In this document: positions 1 through 9,390 of the stretch, in pieces
How the letters are laid out: every line of letters begins with the position of its first letter
How positions within the stretch are numbered: position 1 is the stretch's first letter
From: Ferroacidibacillus organovorans
GTDB taxonomy: Bacteria; Bacillota; Bacilli; Alicyclobacillales; SLC66
Reading direction: 5' to 3'
NCBI RefSeq assembly: GCF_001642725.1
Contig: NZ_LSUQ01000019.1
Span: forward strand, 1-48,120
Length of the DNA stretch: 48,120 bases
Notes under the pieces: generated by a model
What the model saw: only the letters and a program-made list of their open reading frames with translations
Databases searched by the model: none
Told to the model about the DNA's origin: nothing
Made by a program: the position numbers and the translations under genes

Positions 1-1443
1 CGTATACACTGCCAATTCGAGCGGTGTATACACCTCGTTTTGCCCGATTGCCGTATAAGGCAGATCGGTCAACTGAAGCGAACTATCGTTGAGATATCCG
101 ATTTCTTCTTCAGGCAAATCTATGCCTGTCCCTGTTCCGAGACCGAACCCTCGACTGTATTGCTCTAGTCGATGAAGCGTCTGTGGACGATCCGTTTTAA
201 GCCATGTGGATGTTCTTTCATTGCCGCGTGGCGGCCACCGGCCGTACCGCAAACTTGCTTGATAAAAATATACGTCACATGATTCTGCAATTGCGTGCGC
301 CATATCGAGTGGATCGTGGCGCGTCCAACAGCGAATGGTCGTGCCATCCGTATTCGGAAGTTTTAGCGCACCGTTGCAGTCAATCGTTTCTTTTAACGTG
401 ATCGCGTGCTGATTATACGCAAAGAGTGCTGTTAACGGTTTCATTGTAGAACCAGGAGCAATTGGCGCTTGTGTGACCCAATTTCGCTCGGCCGGTGCAA
501 ATCCGTTTTGATACGTTTGATAAGAGATTCCTTGAGAAAACCACTGGGGCTTGTAATACGGATAACTGGCGAGCGCAAGAATTGAACCATCTTGGGGATT
601 CATCGCGATCGCCATGGCGTGATCGATGCCGCGATGCCCGTGAGCTTTTAAATAGTGCACTTGCGCCGCGAGTAGATTTTGAACGGTTCTTTCGTAGGTG
701 TGGCTCAACGTCAGGACAAGATCCGCGCCTTTACTCGCATCGTGACAATCTGGAAGTGCATGCAAAGGGACATTGCGACTGTCCACCTCCATCACGATGC
801 GTCCAGGCTTCCCTCGCAATGCATTGTCATAGTACCCTTCAACGCCAGCCCAGCCAACGCGAGTAGACGGCGGGAAATGTTCCTTCGTCACCAATTGTTC
901 GATGCGGTGTCGCGGGATAGCATTAATATACCCGAGTATGTGGCAGGCAGTATCCGCGTCAGGATAATTGCGAATCGAGTCTGATACGATGCGCACACCG
1001 GGCAATTCGGATTGATGTTCGCGGATGTAAGAAACCGCACGCGCAGACACACGACTGGCAACCAGTGTGTGAACACTCCCCGTCCCATCCTCCTTGAGAA
1101 GACGAGTGAGTTCTGTACGCGGAACTCGCAAAACGCGCGACAACCTTTTTGCAACCGCATCGATGGGGCGATCCGACCTGGCGTAAATCACACTAAACGA
1201 CGGTGTGTCATAAGCCATAACATGGCCCATTGCATCCATGATTCTGCCACGCGGTGCAGGCGTTGAAAAGGTGTCAACGCGATTGCGCGCACCCGCCGCG
1301 AGATATTCCGCACTCCTGCGACACTGCATATCCCCGAGACGAAAGACTACTATTACGGCAGGCACGATGATGAGAATCCATAGTGCGCGAAACCGTCGTT
1401 GACACTCTGCCCACTTTTCATCGTCTTTTGCATCTCGATCCAT
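1..1443 (-). CDS. mrdA: Class B penicillin-binding protein (PBP2/MrdA-like), partial; runs off the window's left end
   Basis: Not in the ORF track; translated by hand from ATG 1443 (SD AGGTGA) with no stop through position 1. It has an N-terminal TM segment, APRGRIMDAMG, SxxK motif PGSTMKP (450-439), SCD (282-274), GFGLGTGTGIDLP and TAIGQ. It lies directly after mreD. Confidence 0.9.
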   Translation of the reverse strand, partial: MDRDAKDDEKWAECQRRFRALWILIIVPAVIVVFRLGDMQCRRSAEYLAAGARNRVDTFSTPAPRGRIMDAMGHVMAYDTPSFSVIYARSDRPIDAVAKRLSRVLRVPRTELTRLLKEDGTGSVHTLVASRVSARAVSYIREHQSELPGVRIVSDSIRNYPDADTACHILGYINAIPRHRIEQLVTKEHFPPSTRVGWAGVEGYYDNALRGKPGRIVMEVDSRNVPLHALPDCHDASKGADLVLTLSHTYERTVQNLLAAQVHYLKAHGHRGIDHAMAIAMNPQDGSILALASYPYYKPQWFSQGISYQTYQNGFAPAERNWVTQAPIAPGSTMKPLTALFAYNQHAITLKETIDCNGALKLPNTDGTTIRCWTRHDPLDMAHAIAESCDVYFYQASLRYGRWPPRGNERTSTWLKTDRPQTLHRLEQYSRGFGLGTGTGIDLPEEEIGYLNDSSLQLTDLPYTAIGQNEVYTPLELAVYT

Positions 1444-1528
1444 GCATGCTTCACCTGTGAAGGGATTCCCGTTCCCACCCAGTCCCATAAAACTCGTTTA
1501 GAGGATGTACAAAAGAGTTCAGTCCGAT

Positions 1529-2050
1529 TCAAGATGCACCGTCAGCAGTCGCATCATTATAACTGACCTTCTTTTTCTTTAGAAAAGCCTTTCGATATGG
1601 TGCATAAAGAAGTAAAACGACAACCATGGAAACGAGTGACGTCTTGCTGGAACTGCGAATCACTTCGTGTAGCGTCGTCCCTGACGCCTCCAAGAGTCTG
1701 GCCTCTCCATACGTGACCCACGCAAACAACTCAGACGCAAGCCCTGTCACCAAAATGGCAAGCAGTGCACTCTCTCGCAATACCAGATGCCTAAAATAGC
1801 CTGCCAAATAACCGATCAACGCATACGCAAATGCAGTTTCACCAAGAAAACGTCCATAGTCAATATCTTGAATCAAACCAATGCCAAGCCCAAACAACAG
1901 GCCCATACGAGGTGTTCGCAAGAGGCCTGTCATGACAAGACCGATGACGACAAGGTTTGGCGCATACTCGGAGAGAATGGGCGCGCGAAAAACCGTCGAT
2001 TCTAAAACCAAACTCAAGAATAACGCCACGAAAAGAAGGGTTGACCTCAT
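1529..2050 (-). CDS. mreD: Rod shape-determining protein MreD
   Basis: 173-aa hydrophobic protein with GLIQDI motif; overlaps the mreC stop. Confidence 0.9.
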   Translation of the reverse strand: MRSTLLFVALFLSLVLESTVFRAPILSEYAPNLVVIGLVMTGLLRTPRMGLLFGLGIGLIQDIDYGRFLGETAFAYALIGYLAGYFRHLVLRESALLAILVTGLASELFAWVTYGEARLLEASGTTLHEVIRSSSKTSLVSMVVVLLLYAPYRKAFLKKKKVSYNDATADGAS

Positions 2051-2907
2051 GGAATCACCTGTCCCGCTCCCGGAACAAGAACAAACACGTAATCAATCGC
2101 ATTAAAGTTAGCGGCAGGAGCAATCACTGCAGATTTCGTAATCCCTGTTCCATCGAGTTGAAAAGATTGAACCTTTCCAATCAAGATGCCACGCGGATAC
2201 ATCGTAGACAACCCTGAAGTGACAACAAGATCCCCGACATGGGCCGTAGTTGACATCTGCGAGATAAACTGCATCAGCAGATCATTTGGCGCAGCCGCAT
2301 TGCCCGATACAATTCCAAACGTGGCTTGTTTGCCATTGATAATACTCGCGGAAACGCCGTCTGCGCTTGCGCTTGAAGTGAGCAGTGAAACGACGCTGCT
2401 CAGATTCGAGGCGGAAGTTACTCTGCCTACCAACGCCCCATTCTGGTTCAGAACAGGCATATCACGCGCAACACCTGCATCTCTTCCTACAGAAATGGTG
2501 ATATCAGAATCCCACGTGAGTGGACTGCGTCCCGTCACACGGGCCGCAATCAATTTGTATTGTGGATTCGTCGAGCGATATCCCACCATTTGCTGAAGTT
2601 GAACGTTCGCCTGTTTGATTTGATCGAGAGAAATCTGGAGTGTCGCATCTTTAGCAGCTAACGCTTGCAATGCGCTATTTTCCTGATAAAGCGCCGTCAA
2701 ATTTTTAATGCGTGAAAAAAAGGTTTCCACTTGAAACGTCGGCGTATAAAGCCACTCACTCACAATGGACGTCACATCGCGTACAGCACGTTCAGGCCAC
2801 GATGAGCGAAACGCCCGATTATGAAGTGTGACTGCCGCAACAATAAACAAGACGATCAGTCCGGCAAGAAAGCCGAGCAGTCGACCACCCGAAAAAAGTC
2901 TACCCAC
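2047..2907 (-). CDS. mreC: Rod shape-determining protein MreC
   Basis: N-terminal TM, coiled coil, GALVGRV, VGDLVVTSGL..YPRGILIG; lies between mreB and mreD. Confidence 0.95.
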   Translation of the reverse strand: MGRLFSGGRLLGFLAGLIVLFIVAAVTLHNRAFRSSWPERAVRDVTSIVSEWLYTPTFQVETFFSRIKNLTALYQENSALQALAAKDATLQISLDQIKQANVQLQQMVGYRSTNPQYKLIAARVTGRSPLTWDSDITISVGRDAGVARDMPVLNQNGALVGRVTSASNLSSVVSLLTSSASADGVSASIINGKQATFGIVSGNAAAPNDLLMQFISQMSTTAHVGDLVVTSGLSTMYPRGILIGKVQSFQLDGTGITKSAVIAPAANFNAIDYVFVLVPGAGQVIP

Positions 2908-2932
2908 GACCGCGCCTCTCCCTTACCCTCGG

Positions 2933-3988
<1,056 letters not shown>

Positions 3989-4714
3989 CTATTCCATTTC
4001 AATCGCTGCGTCCATGAAACCACGTTCACGCAAGCTTATATATCGTTTGTCACCGATGACAATATGATCCAAAACTTCGATCCCAAGAATGGTACCCGCG
4101 CGAACCAAACGTTGCGTCACACTGATATCCTCAGGACTCGGCGTCGGGTCACCTGAAGGATGGTTATGTGCGCAGATAATCGCTGCCGCGCTGCGGCGCA
4201 AAGGTGTTTTGAAAATTTCGCGCGGATGAACAATCGAAGCGTTCAAGGACCCTACAGACACCGTCTCTTCTCCGATGATTTGATGCTTCGTGTCGAGGTG
4301 TATCGTAAAAAAATGTTCCTTTTTGAGGAAGCGCAGCTTGTCCATTACATAATCTGCCGCATCCTTTGGTGAGCCAATCTTTACGATCGCTTCACCTCCG
4401 AGTGCAGAAACCCTGCGCCCCAATTCAATCGCCGCAAGGACGGCAAGCGCTTTTGCATGGCCAACGCCTGGGATTTGACGCAATTCGCGAACGTCCGCTT
4501 CCAAGAGTTCTCGAAGCCCTCCCATTTTTGAAAGAAGATCATCCGCTAGATCTAGAGCGGACACACCGCGCCGTCCTGTCCCCAAGAGAAGGGCTAGAAG
4601 TTCGCTTGTCGACAGCGACTGCGCGCCACGTTGCACCATTCGTTCTCGTGGTCGCTCGGCAAGCGGCCGATCCATCATCAGTGTACCACGTTCTTGCGCT
4701 CTACGCTCGGTCAT
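3989..4714 (-). CDS. radC: RadC/JAB-domain protein
   Basis: RPRER N-terminus, HhH segment IPGVG, VHPREIF and HNHPSGDPTPSPED; maf-radC-mreB synteny. Confidence 0.95.
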   Translation of the reverse strand: MTERRAQERGTLMMDRPLAERPRERMVQRGAQSLSTSELLALLLGTGRRGVSALDLADDLLSKMGGLRELLEADVRELRQIPGVGHAKALAVLAAIELGRRVSALGGEAIVKIGSPKDAADYVMDKLRFLKKEHFFTIHLDTKHQIIGEETVSVGSLNASIVHPREIFKTPLRRSAAAIICAHNHPSGDPTPSPEDISVTQRLVRAGTILGIEVLDHIVIGDKRYISLRERGFMDAAIEME

Positions 4715-5310
4715 TCGACATTCCCCCTCTGTAGGAGAAGATTAGAAATTTCTAACCTTGCAAACAGATCGAAGGTCAATGCGAGCGGCAACCCGACCAC
4801 AGCGTAAAAATCTCCGTGGATTTCCGTAATAAATGGCGCACCGATTCCCTGAATGCTGTAGGCCCCCGCTTTATCCATCGGCTCACCCGTTTTAACATAC
4901 CACGCAATCTCTTCATCGCGCAGCATGCGCATCGTGACGCGCACGTGCCTAAAGTCACTCACGCTACGATTGGCATTCTCATGAACAAGCGCTACACCTG
5001 TATACACATCATGCGTCTTTCCAGCCAATTTGCGCAGCATCGCCTTCGCTTCATCAGCAGACGATGGTTTTCCAAGCGGCTGATTCTCATAAAAGACGAG
5101 CGTATCTGCCCCCAATACAATGCAGTCCGTGTGCTTCACAGCGACACTTGCTGCTTTTCCATGCGCAAGCTTCATCACGAGCTCCTGAGGCGGCAGTAGC
5201 GTAGAATGTTTTTCTTCATAGTCAGGCGCCACAACTTCGTGTACGATACCCATCTGTGCTAACAAGTGCGTTCGTCTTGGTGAGGTTGAAGCCAAAAGAA
5301 TTCGGTCCAA
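4711..5310 (-). CDS. maf: Maf family nucleoside triphosphate pyrophosphatase
   Basis: LASTSPRR, GADTLV, LGKP and DKAGAYSIQG motifs. Start moved to TTG 5310, which has SD GGAGGA 7 nt upstream. Confidence 0.93.
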   Translation of the reverse strand: MDRILLASTSPRRTHLLAQMGIVHEVVAPDYEEKHSTLLPPQELVMKLAHGKAASVAVKHTDCIVLGADTLVFYENQPLGKPSSADEAKAMLRKLAGKTHDVYTGVALVHENANRSVSDFRHVRVTMRMLRDEEIAWYVKTGEPMDKAGAYSIQGIGAPFITEIHGDFYAVVGLPLALTFDLFARLEISNLLLQRGNVE

Positions 5311-5483
5311 ACAGGCATCCTCCTGAAACATTCGGTTTTGTCTTTAGTATAAAAGATGAGACACGACACGAACACTCCAATCGGATCCATCTGATATGTA
5401 CCGTGTGAGTTTTAATCAATTTCACAAAATGATACTTTCTACTCTCACGCGCTCATTTTTTCGTGCACCCTCCTAGTCCCCTG

Positions 5484-6455
5484 CTAGAATGATGCAATTT
5501 GCTGATAGCGAACATACGCTTTTGCCAGTTTCTCAATCACGAGTTCCTGATGATAGATTCCTGCTTGTCCTGGCGCATCCACCGCTTCCCACACCGCCTG
5601 CTGAAAACTGAACAGTTGTCGCTTAAAAGCAAGAGGGAGATTGGCACCTGATTTTAAGTATGCAAGATCTCGTTTGATTTGATGTGTCAAATCAAGCAAG
5701 GTTTGATGATGCAAGGCAGGTCGTTGCGCAAGTGAAAGCATAAGATCGACATCGAGTACCAACAATTCTTCGGTTCGTGACAGCAAATTTGTAGAAATCT
5801 GTCCGGCTCGCACAGTTCTCTGTGGAAGGGTGGATTCACTCACATAAAACGGTACCTCGCGATCATTTAAATAACTCGAAAACGGCGTGCCCTTCGGATT
5901 TGCGAGCGTCATCCCCACATAAACCGGAACGGGCTTCAGACTCCCCATGACAGCTTGCACACCACTTTGTGCAAGATCACTGACAGCCGACTGTGCACGC
6001 GCATGATTTCCGTACAATCCTGACTGATAGAGATAGACTGACACATTCGGCAAGATAAACGAATGCGTCGCTACCGCCTCTTTAATCCAAACAGAAGAGA
6101 GGGACTGCGTAAGTTCCTGAGCGTTTGCTTGCGCTTTGCTCACTGGTAGGCTGTGTAGAAGCGCCGTCAAAAGCGCGCCAAGAAAAAGCCCAATCGCAAG
6201 CGCGTACATCATGACATCACCAAACGTTTGCGTCGCGCCACGCGCAGCGTTTGGTCCTTTTGATCTGCGCGTTTTTTTGCGCGCGTTTAAGCGAGAATCC
6301 ATCGCACTTTTCCTGACGCGACGGCGATCAAAAGTCAAAGAAGAGGCCGCCGTTGCCACTTCACGAATCGCGTGTTCCATAGAATTCTGCGACGTTTCTC
6401 GCATCTTTTCAAATCGCCCATCCCGCGTCTTTACATAGGTCCACCGTGCCATCAT
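5484..6455 (-). CDS. Single-TM sporulation protein with a SPOR-like segment; probable SpoIIB-like positional ortholog
   Basis: Basic N-terminus, one TM, and YLYQSGLYGNHARAQSAVSDLAQSG resembling a SPOR repeat. It sits upstream of maf, like B. subtilis spoIIB, and has a sigma-E-type promoter. Confidence 0.6.
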   Translation of the reverse strand: MMARWTYVKTRDGRFEKMRETSQNSMEHAIREVATAASSLTFDRRRVRKSAMDSRLNARKKTRRSKGPNAARGATQTFGDVMMYALAIGLFLGALLTALLHSLPVSKAQANAQELTQSLSSVWIKEAVATHSFILPNVSVYLYQSGLYGNHARAQSAVSDLAQSGVQAVMGSLKPVPVYVGMTLANPKGTPFSSYLNDREVPFYVSESTLPQRTVRAGQISTNLLSRTEELLVLDVDLMLSLAQRPALHHQTLLDLTHQIKRDLAYLKSGANLPLAFKRQLFSFQQAVWEAVDAPGQAGIYHQELVIEKLAKAYVRYQQIASF

Positions 6456-6484
6456 CGATCACCTTAGTGTTTTGTCATTGCTAG

Positions 6485-6513
6485 AGTCTATGGCTGATTT
6501 CGTGAATCTATGA
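6485..6513 (-). promoter_or_regulatory. Sigma-E-type promoter for the spoIIB-like gene
   Basis: TCATA-N16-CATAGACT matches the sigma-E consensus (ATA-N16-18-CATAcanT). Confidence 0.7.
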
Positions 6514-6599
6514 ATGGCATGGAAGGGAGATTGAAACGCATAGAATTGAGAGAAGAGACGCCTGTCCTATAGACGTAAAAACTCATAAGGAGGTTTCGA

Positions 6600-7757
6600 A
6601 TGCGCACGGAACCTTTTGTCCTGTTCTCCCTGATTTGCATGATAGCCATCGCTGCATCGACGTTTACCGCACTGTTTCCGAAACTCCGTCTGCCGACCGC
6701 CGTCCTGGAGTTGTTGCTCGGCATCTTTCTTGGCAAATCAGGATTGCACACACTTCCTATCCCCTCTTGGTTTCACGACGCCTCTTCGCTCGGATTACTC
6801 TATCTCATGTTTTTAGCAGGGCTAGAAATACGGCCGCCGCAAAAAGGAACCCCACAAACGGCACGCGTCCCCTATCTACTCATATTTTCGATGTTTGCAC
6901 AGACGGCCGCACTCTCGATTCTTGCAGGGCAACTGCTTATTCATCTCGGGTGGTCATCCGATCCCCTGCTCAGCTCATTTATCTTTGCAACGACATCCCT
7001 CGGCATTCTGGTGCCAGTCCTACACGAACGTGGACTTTCAGCATCACGATTCGGACAATTAATTCTCCTTACAGCGGTCACCGCAGACATTGCGACTGCG
7101 ACACTGATCGGCATCGCGCTGCCAACGCGATCATCCGCGTTTAGCATTCCCATGCAATTGATCACCATGACAAGTTTGGGATTCCTTCTCTATTTCGCGA
7201 GTCGCATGTTTTTACGTGGCATGCGCAGTCGCGTTCCCATGGCGCGACGCGGTGCGTTTGGCATGCGTGGCGCACTCGCCATTGTCATGGTTTGCGGTGC
7301 GACCGCGCGCGTCATCGGCGCAGAATCGATTCTTGCCGGATTTACGGCAGGTCTTGTAGGTTCATGGCTTGCGGGTGATCAGCACAATGCGCTTCGCAGT
7401 CGACTTGAGACGCTTGGCTATTCCCTTTTCCTGCCCTTTTTCTTCATCTCAACCGGAATGTCTCTCACCCTGACACACGCGCGTATCGACCGTGTAGCCA
7501 GTCATCTTCCACTCTATCTCCTTCTCGCATTCGCCGTCAAAATCATCGGTTCACTCAGCATGCGCTTCCAATTCACATGGCGTGAAACATTTGCGGCAGG
7601 AACGCTGCTCTCCACACGCTTTACGCTCGTGATTGCCGTTGCGGCACTCGCCGCACACGCACATCTGATTGGCCAAACCGAAGAAGCGACTTTATTGCTC
7701 ACAGCGCTTGCAACCGTCATTCTGGCCCCACTCGCTTTTAGCCTTCAAAATCTCTGA
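6600..7757 (+). CDS. Cation:proton antiporter, CPA2 family (membrane domain only)
   Basis: Many TM segments; GLLYLMFLAGLE, TTSLGILVPVLHE, ILAGFTAGL and FLPFFFISTG motifs; SD AAGGAGG. Confidence 0.85.
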   Translation: MRTEPFVLFSLICMIAIAASTFTALFPKLRLPTAVLELLLGIFLGKSGLHTLPIPSWFHDASSLGLLYLMFLAGLEIRPPQKGTPQTARVPYLLIFSMFAQTAALSILAGQLLIHLGWSSDPLLSSFIFATTSLGILVPVLHERGLSASRFGQLILLTAVTADIATATLIGIALPTRSSAFSIPMQLITMTSLGFLLYFASRMFLRGMRSRVPMARRGAFGMRGALAIVMVCGATARVIGAESILAGFTAGLVGSWLAGDQHNALRSRLETLGYSLFLPFFFISTGMSLTLTHARIDRVASHLPLYLLLAFAVKIIGSLSMRFQFTWRETFAAGTLLSTRFTLVIAVAALAAHAHLIGQTEEATLLLTALATVILAPLAFSLQNL

Positions 7758-7777
7758 GTGTGATTCCCACACGCGAA

Positions 7778-7820
7778 TACAAAAAGGGAACATCCAAATG
7801 TGCGATGATCCCTTTTTGTA
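7778..7820. terminator. Bidirectional rho-independent terminator between the convergent CPA2 and brxC genes
   Basis: Inverted repeat TACAAAAAGGGA(A)CATC...GATG(A)TCCCTTTTTGTA with A-tract and T-tract flanks. Confidence 0.85.
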
Positions 7821-7842
7821 CTCTCTTCATCTGGATTGTCAC

Positions 7843-8175
7843 TTAAGCCTTTTCACCGTTTGCAATTGCAGTCGTTATGGACGCGTCCGTAATTTTATAG
7901 TGTGACGTATGCCATATCGCTTTTCCACGTTTAATTAAAATCACTTGGGGTGATGCGTGTCTCACACCGAGTTCATCCGCGAGAGCGAGCGAGAGCGAGC
8001 GTGACTCGATGACTTTAACCATTGCAATGGGGATACTCGCATGTTTCCCGTATTCGGTCACCTGACCGAACGCTGCCGCGCTAACGGGTCAGGTTGTACT
8101 GTGTTTAAAAAGAAGCATCAAATCTGAATTTTCCGCGATCGCAGTTAACGCATCACGCGTCTCAATTTCAATCAT
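7843..8175 (-). CDS. brxC: Monothiol bacilliredoxin BrxC/YtxJ, 110 aa, with in-frame TGA at the catalytic Cys (probable selenocysteine, U29)
   Basis: ATG 8175 with SD GGAGTG. It reads MIEIETRDALTAIAENSDLMLLFKHSTT-TGA-PVSAAAF...GVRHASPQ...WHTSH, matching YtxJ KHSTTCPIS, KHESPQ and WHTSH. The ORF track shows only the part after the TGA. Confidence 0.85.
8047..8088 (-). promoter_or_regulatory. Candidate bacterial SECIS element
   Basis: Perfect hairpin UUCGGUC-AGGU-GACCGAA (8070-8053), with 25 nt between the UGA (8091-8089) and the loop. An additional CCCGU/ACGGG lower pairing is possible. Confidence 0.7.
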
Positions 8176-8189
8176 CGATTTCACTCCAT

Positions 8190-8219
8190 AAAAAATCAGG
8201 GGAGCCTCGTGGCTCCCTC
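8190..8219 (-). terminator. Terminator-like hairpin after the G5/3D gene
   Basis: GGGAGCC-ACGA-GGCTCCC followed by CTGATTTTTT. Confidence 0.65.
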
Positions 8220-8268
8220 CGTCTTGCGGCGCTGTCTGAATCTGCATGCACTGTCTCTTGATATCCCC

Positions 8269-9261
8269 CTACTTACCGAGAATATACACTTGAACGACCT
8301 GACGACCATAATCGATCGCCTGAGAGACAGAGTTAAAACACAGATCAATGCGATACCCCTGAATAGCACCGCCCGTATCATCGGCTACACCATAGCCATA
8401 CCCCGGAATATAAAGTTTCGTTCCGAGTGGAATGATGCTTGGATCTACGGCGATATCCCCATACCCAGCTGGTTGACCCGTAGCGGTTGTACCACCTGGA
8501 TTGGAGTAGGCAGTGGCAATCATGGTGACGACTTGACTTGTCACAAGCGAAGAGTTGCTGCGCGAACTCACGACAGGAGCTGGCGTCGGCGTCGGTTGCG
8601 CCGAACCAACCTCGATGAGTTCAGAAACGGGTCTTCTTACGACCCTGAGGTGACGTACACTGCGCACCAAACGGTTGTTGCGAAAATACTTGGTTACAAT
8701 CACTTTGTCCAACCCTTTTTGTCCACGGCGCGCTACCACATTCGTGCCAGTGACAAAATTGTTGCTCGATTGACGAACGGTCGTGTAGGCAATCGACTGC
8801 ATCATCGACTGAACAACCGAACGCCCGCGGATAATACGAACCTTCATGCCTCGTGTTAGTGGAGCACGGAGAGGAACGCTGACTGAATCCTCGGGTCCCA
8901 GTTCTATCCTCAGTTCGTGAAGCAAGTCGCCTACGTTATGTACTAACGTATGGACGACTGTAGGACGGTGATTCCCAACGGTCAGGAGAATCGGCAACGC
9001 CCTGACGACAACGATCTTCATTCCGTTTTGAAGGAGTGTCGCTCTTGCTGGTTCAACCAAATCATAATCGGCTACATGAACGTGTTGGGATGCGAGATAC
9101 TTCGCAACAGACTCAGTGGCATACGTGCCGCCCGTCGTCATTTTTCCATCCACGGACACGGTCACCGATCGGTAAGGGCTCATCCCCGTCGTCACGCCAA
9201 GCGCTAAAAGCGCGGCGCACGTGGTGGCGATACCTAACCGCATTCGGCGGAACTTCTGCAC
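8269..9261 (-). CDS. YabE/RpfB-like cell-wall protein (ubiquitin-like DUF348 repeats, G5 and 3D domains)
   Basis: Signal/TM segment, G5-like region (GQKGLDKV...PVSELIEVG) and 3D domain ATAY...IAVDPSIIPLGT...DDTGGAI...RIDL. Confidence 0.9.
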   Translation of the reverse strand: MQKFRRMRLGIATTCAALLALGVTTGMSPYRSVTVSVDGKMTTGGTYATESVAKYLASQHVHVADYDLVEPARATLLQNGMKIVVVRALPILLTVGNHRPTVVHTLVHNVGDLLHELRIELGPEDSVSVPLRAPLTRGMKVRIIRGRSVVQSMMQSIAYTTVRQSSNNFVTGTNVVARRGQKGLDKVIVTKYFRNNRLVRSVRHLRVVRRPVSELIEVGSAQPTPTPAPVVSSRSNSSLVTSQVVTMIATAYSNPGGTTATGQPAGYGDIAVDPSIIPLGTKLYIPGYGYGVADDTGGAIQGYRIDLCFNSVSQAIDYGRQVVQVYILGK

Positions 9262-9342
9262 TGAAACACCTCTTTTCCAGTAGTGTGGCTACGGAAAAGG
9301 GTATTGCATTTGACAGCGCCAACTGCCCTAAAGACAATTCGT

Positions 9343-9371
9343 AGTATAGCGATAGACTGAAAAGAGCACAA
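9343..9371 (-). promoter_or_regulatory. Sigma-A-type promoter for the G5/3D gene
   Basis: TTGTGC-N17-TATACT. Confidence 0.6.
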
Positions 9372-9390
9372 TGGTTTAATTTGGAAACCA

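Noticed and set aside
165..1266. Short ORF-track ORFs in 165-1266
   Set aside because: They are shadows of the minus-strand PBP frame 1443..1.
7755..7772. CPA2 TGA stop followed by a small hairpin (GTGTG-ATTCC-CACAC), considered as a second Sec readthrough
   Set aside because: A second in-frame TGA follows two codons later, the hairpin is too close to the stop, and no Cys-equivalent position is involved.
7980..8001. 10-bp tandem repeat CGAGAGCGAG
   Set aside because: Only two copies, inside brxC coding sequence (SRSLSLAL), with the frame intact.
8209..8859. 216-aa plus-strand ORF and similar antisense ORFs over mreB, pilB, valS, tadA and the hem genes
   Set aside because: They are antisense shadows of well-supported genes, with no recognisable motifs.
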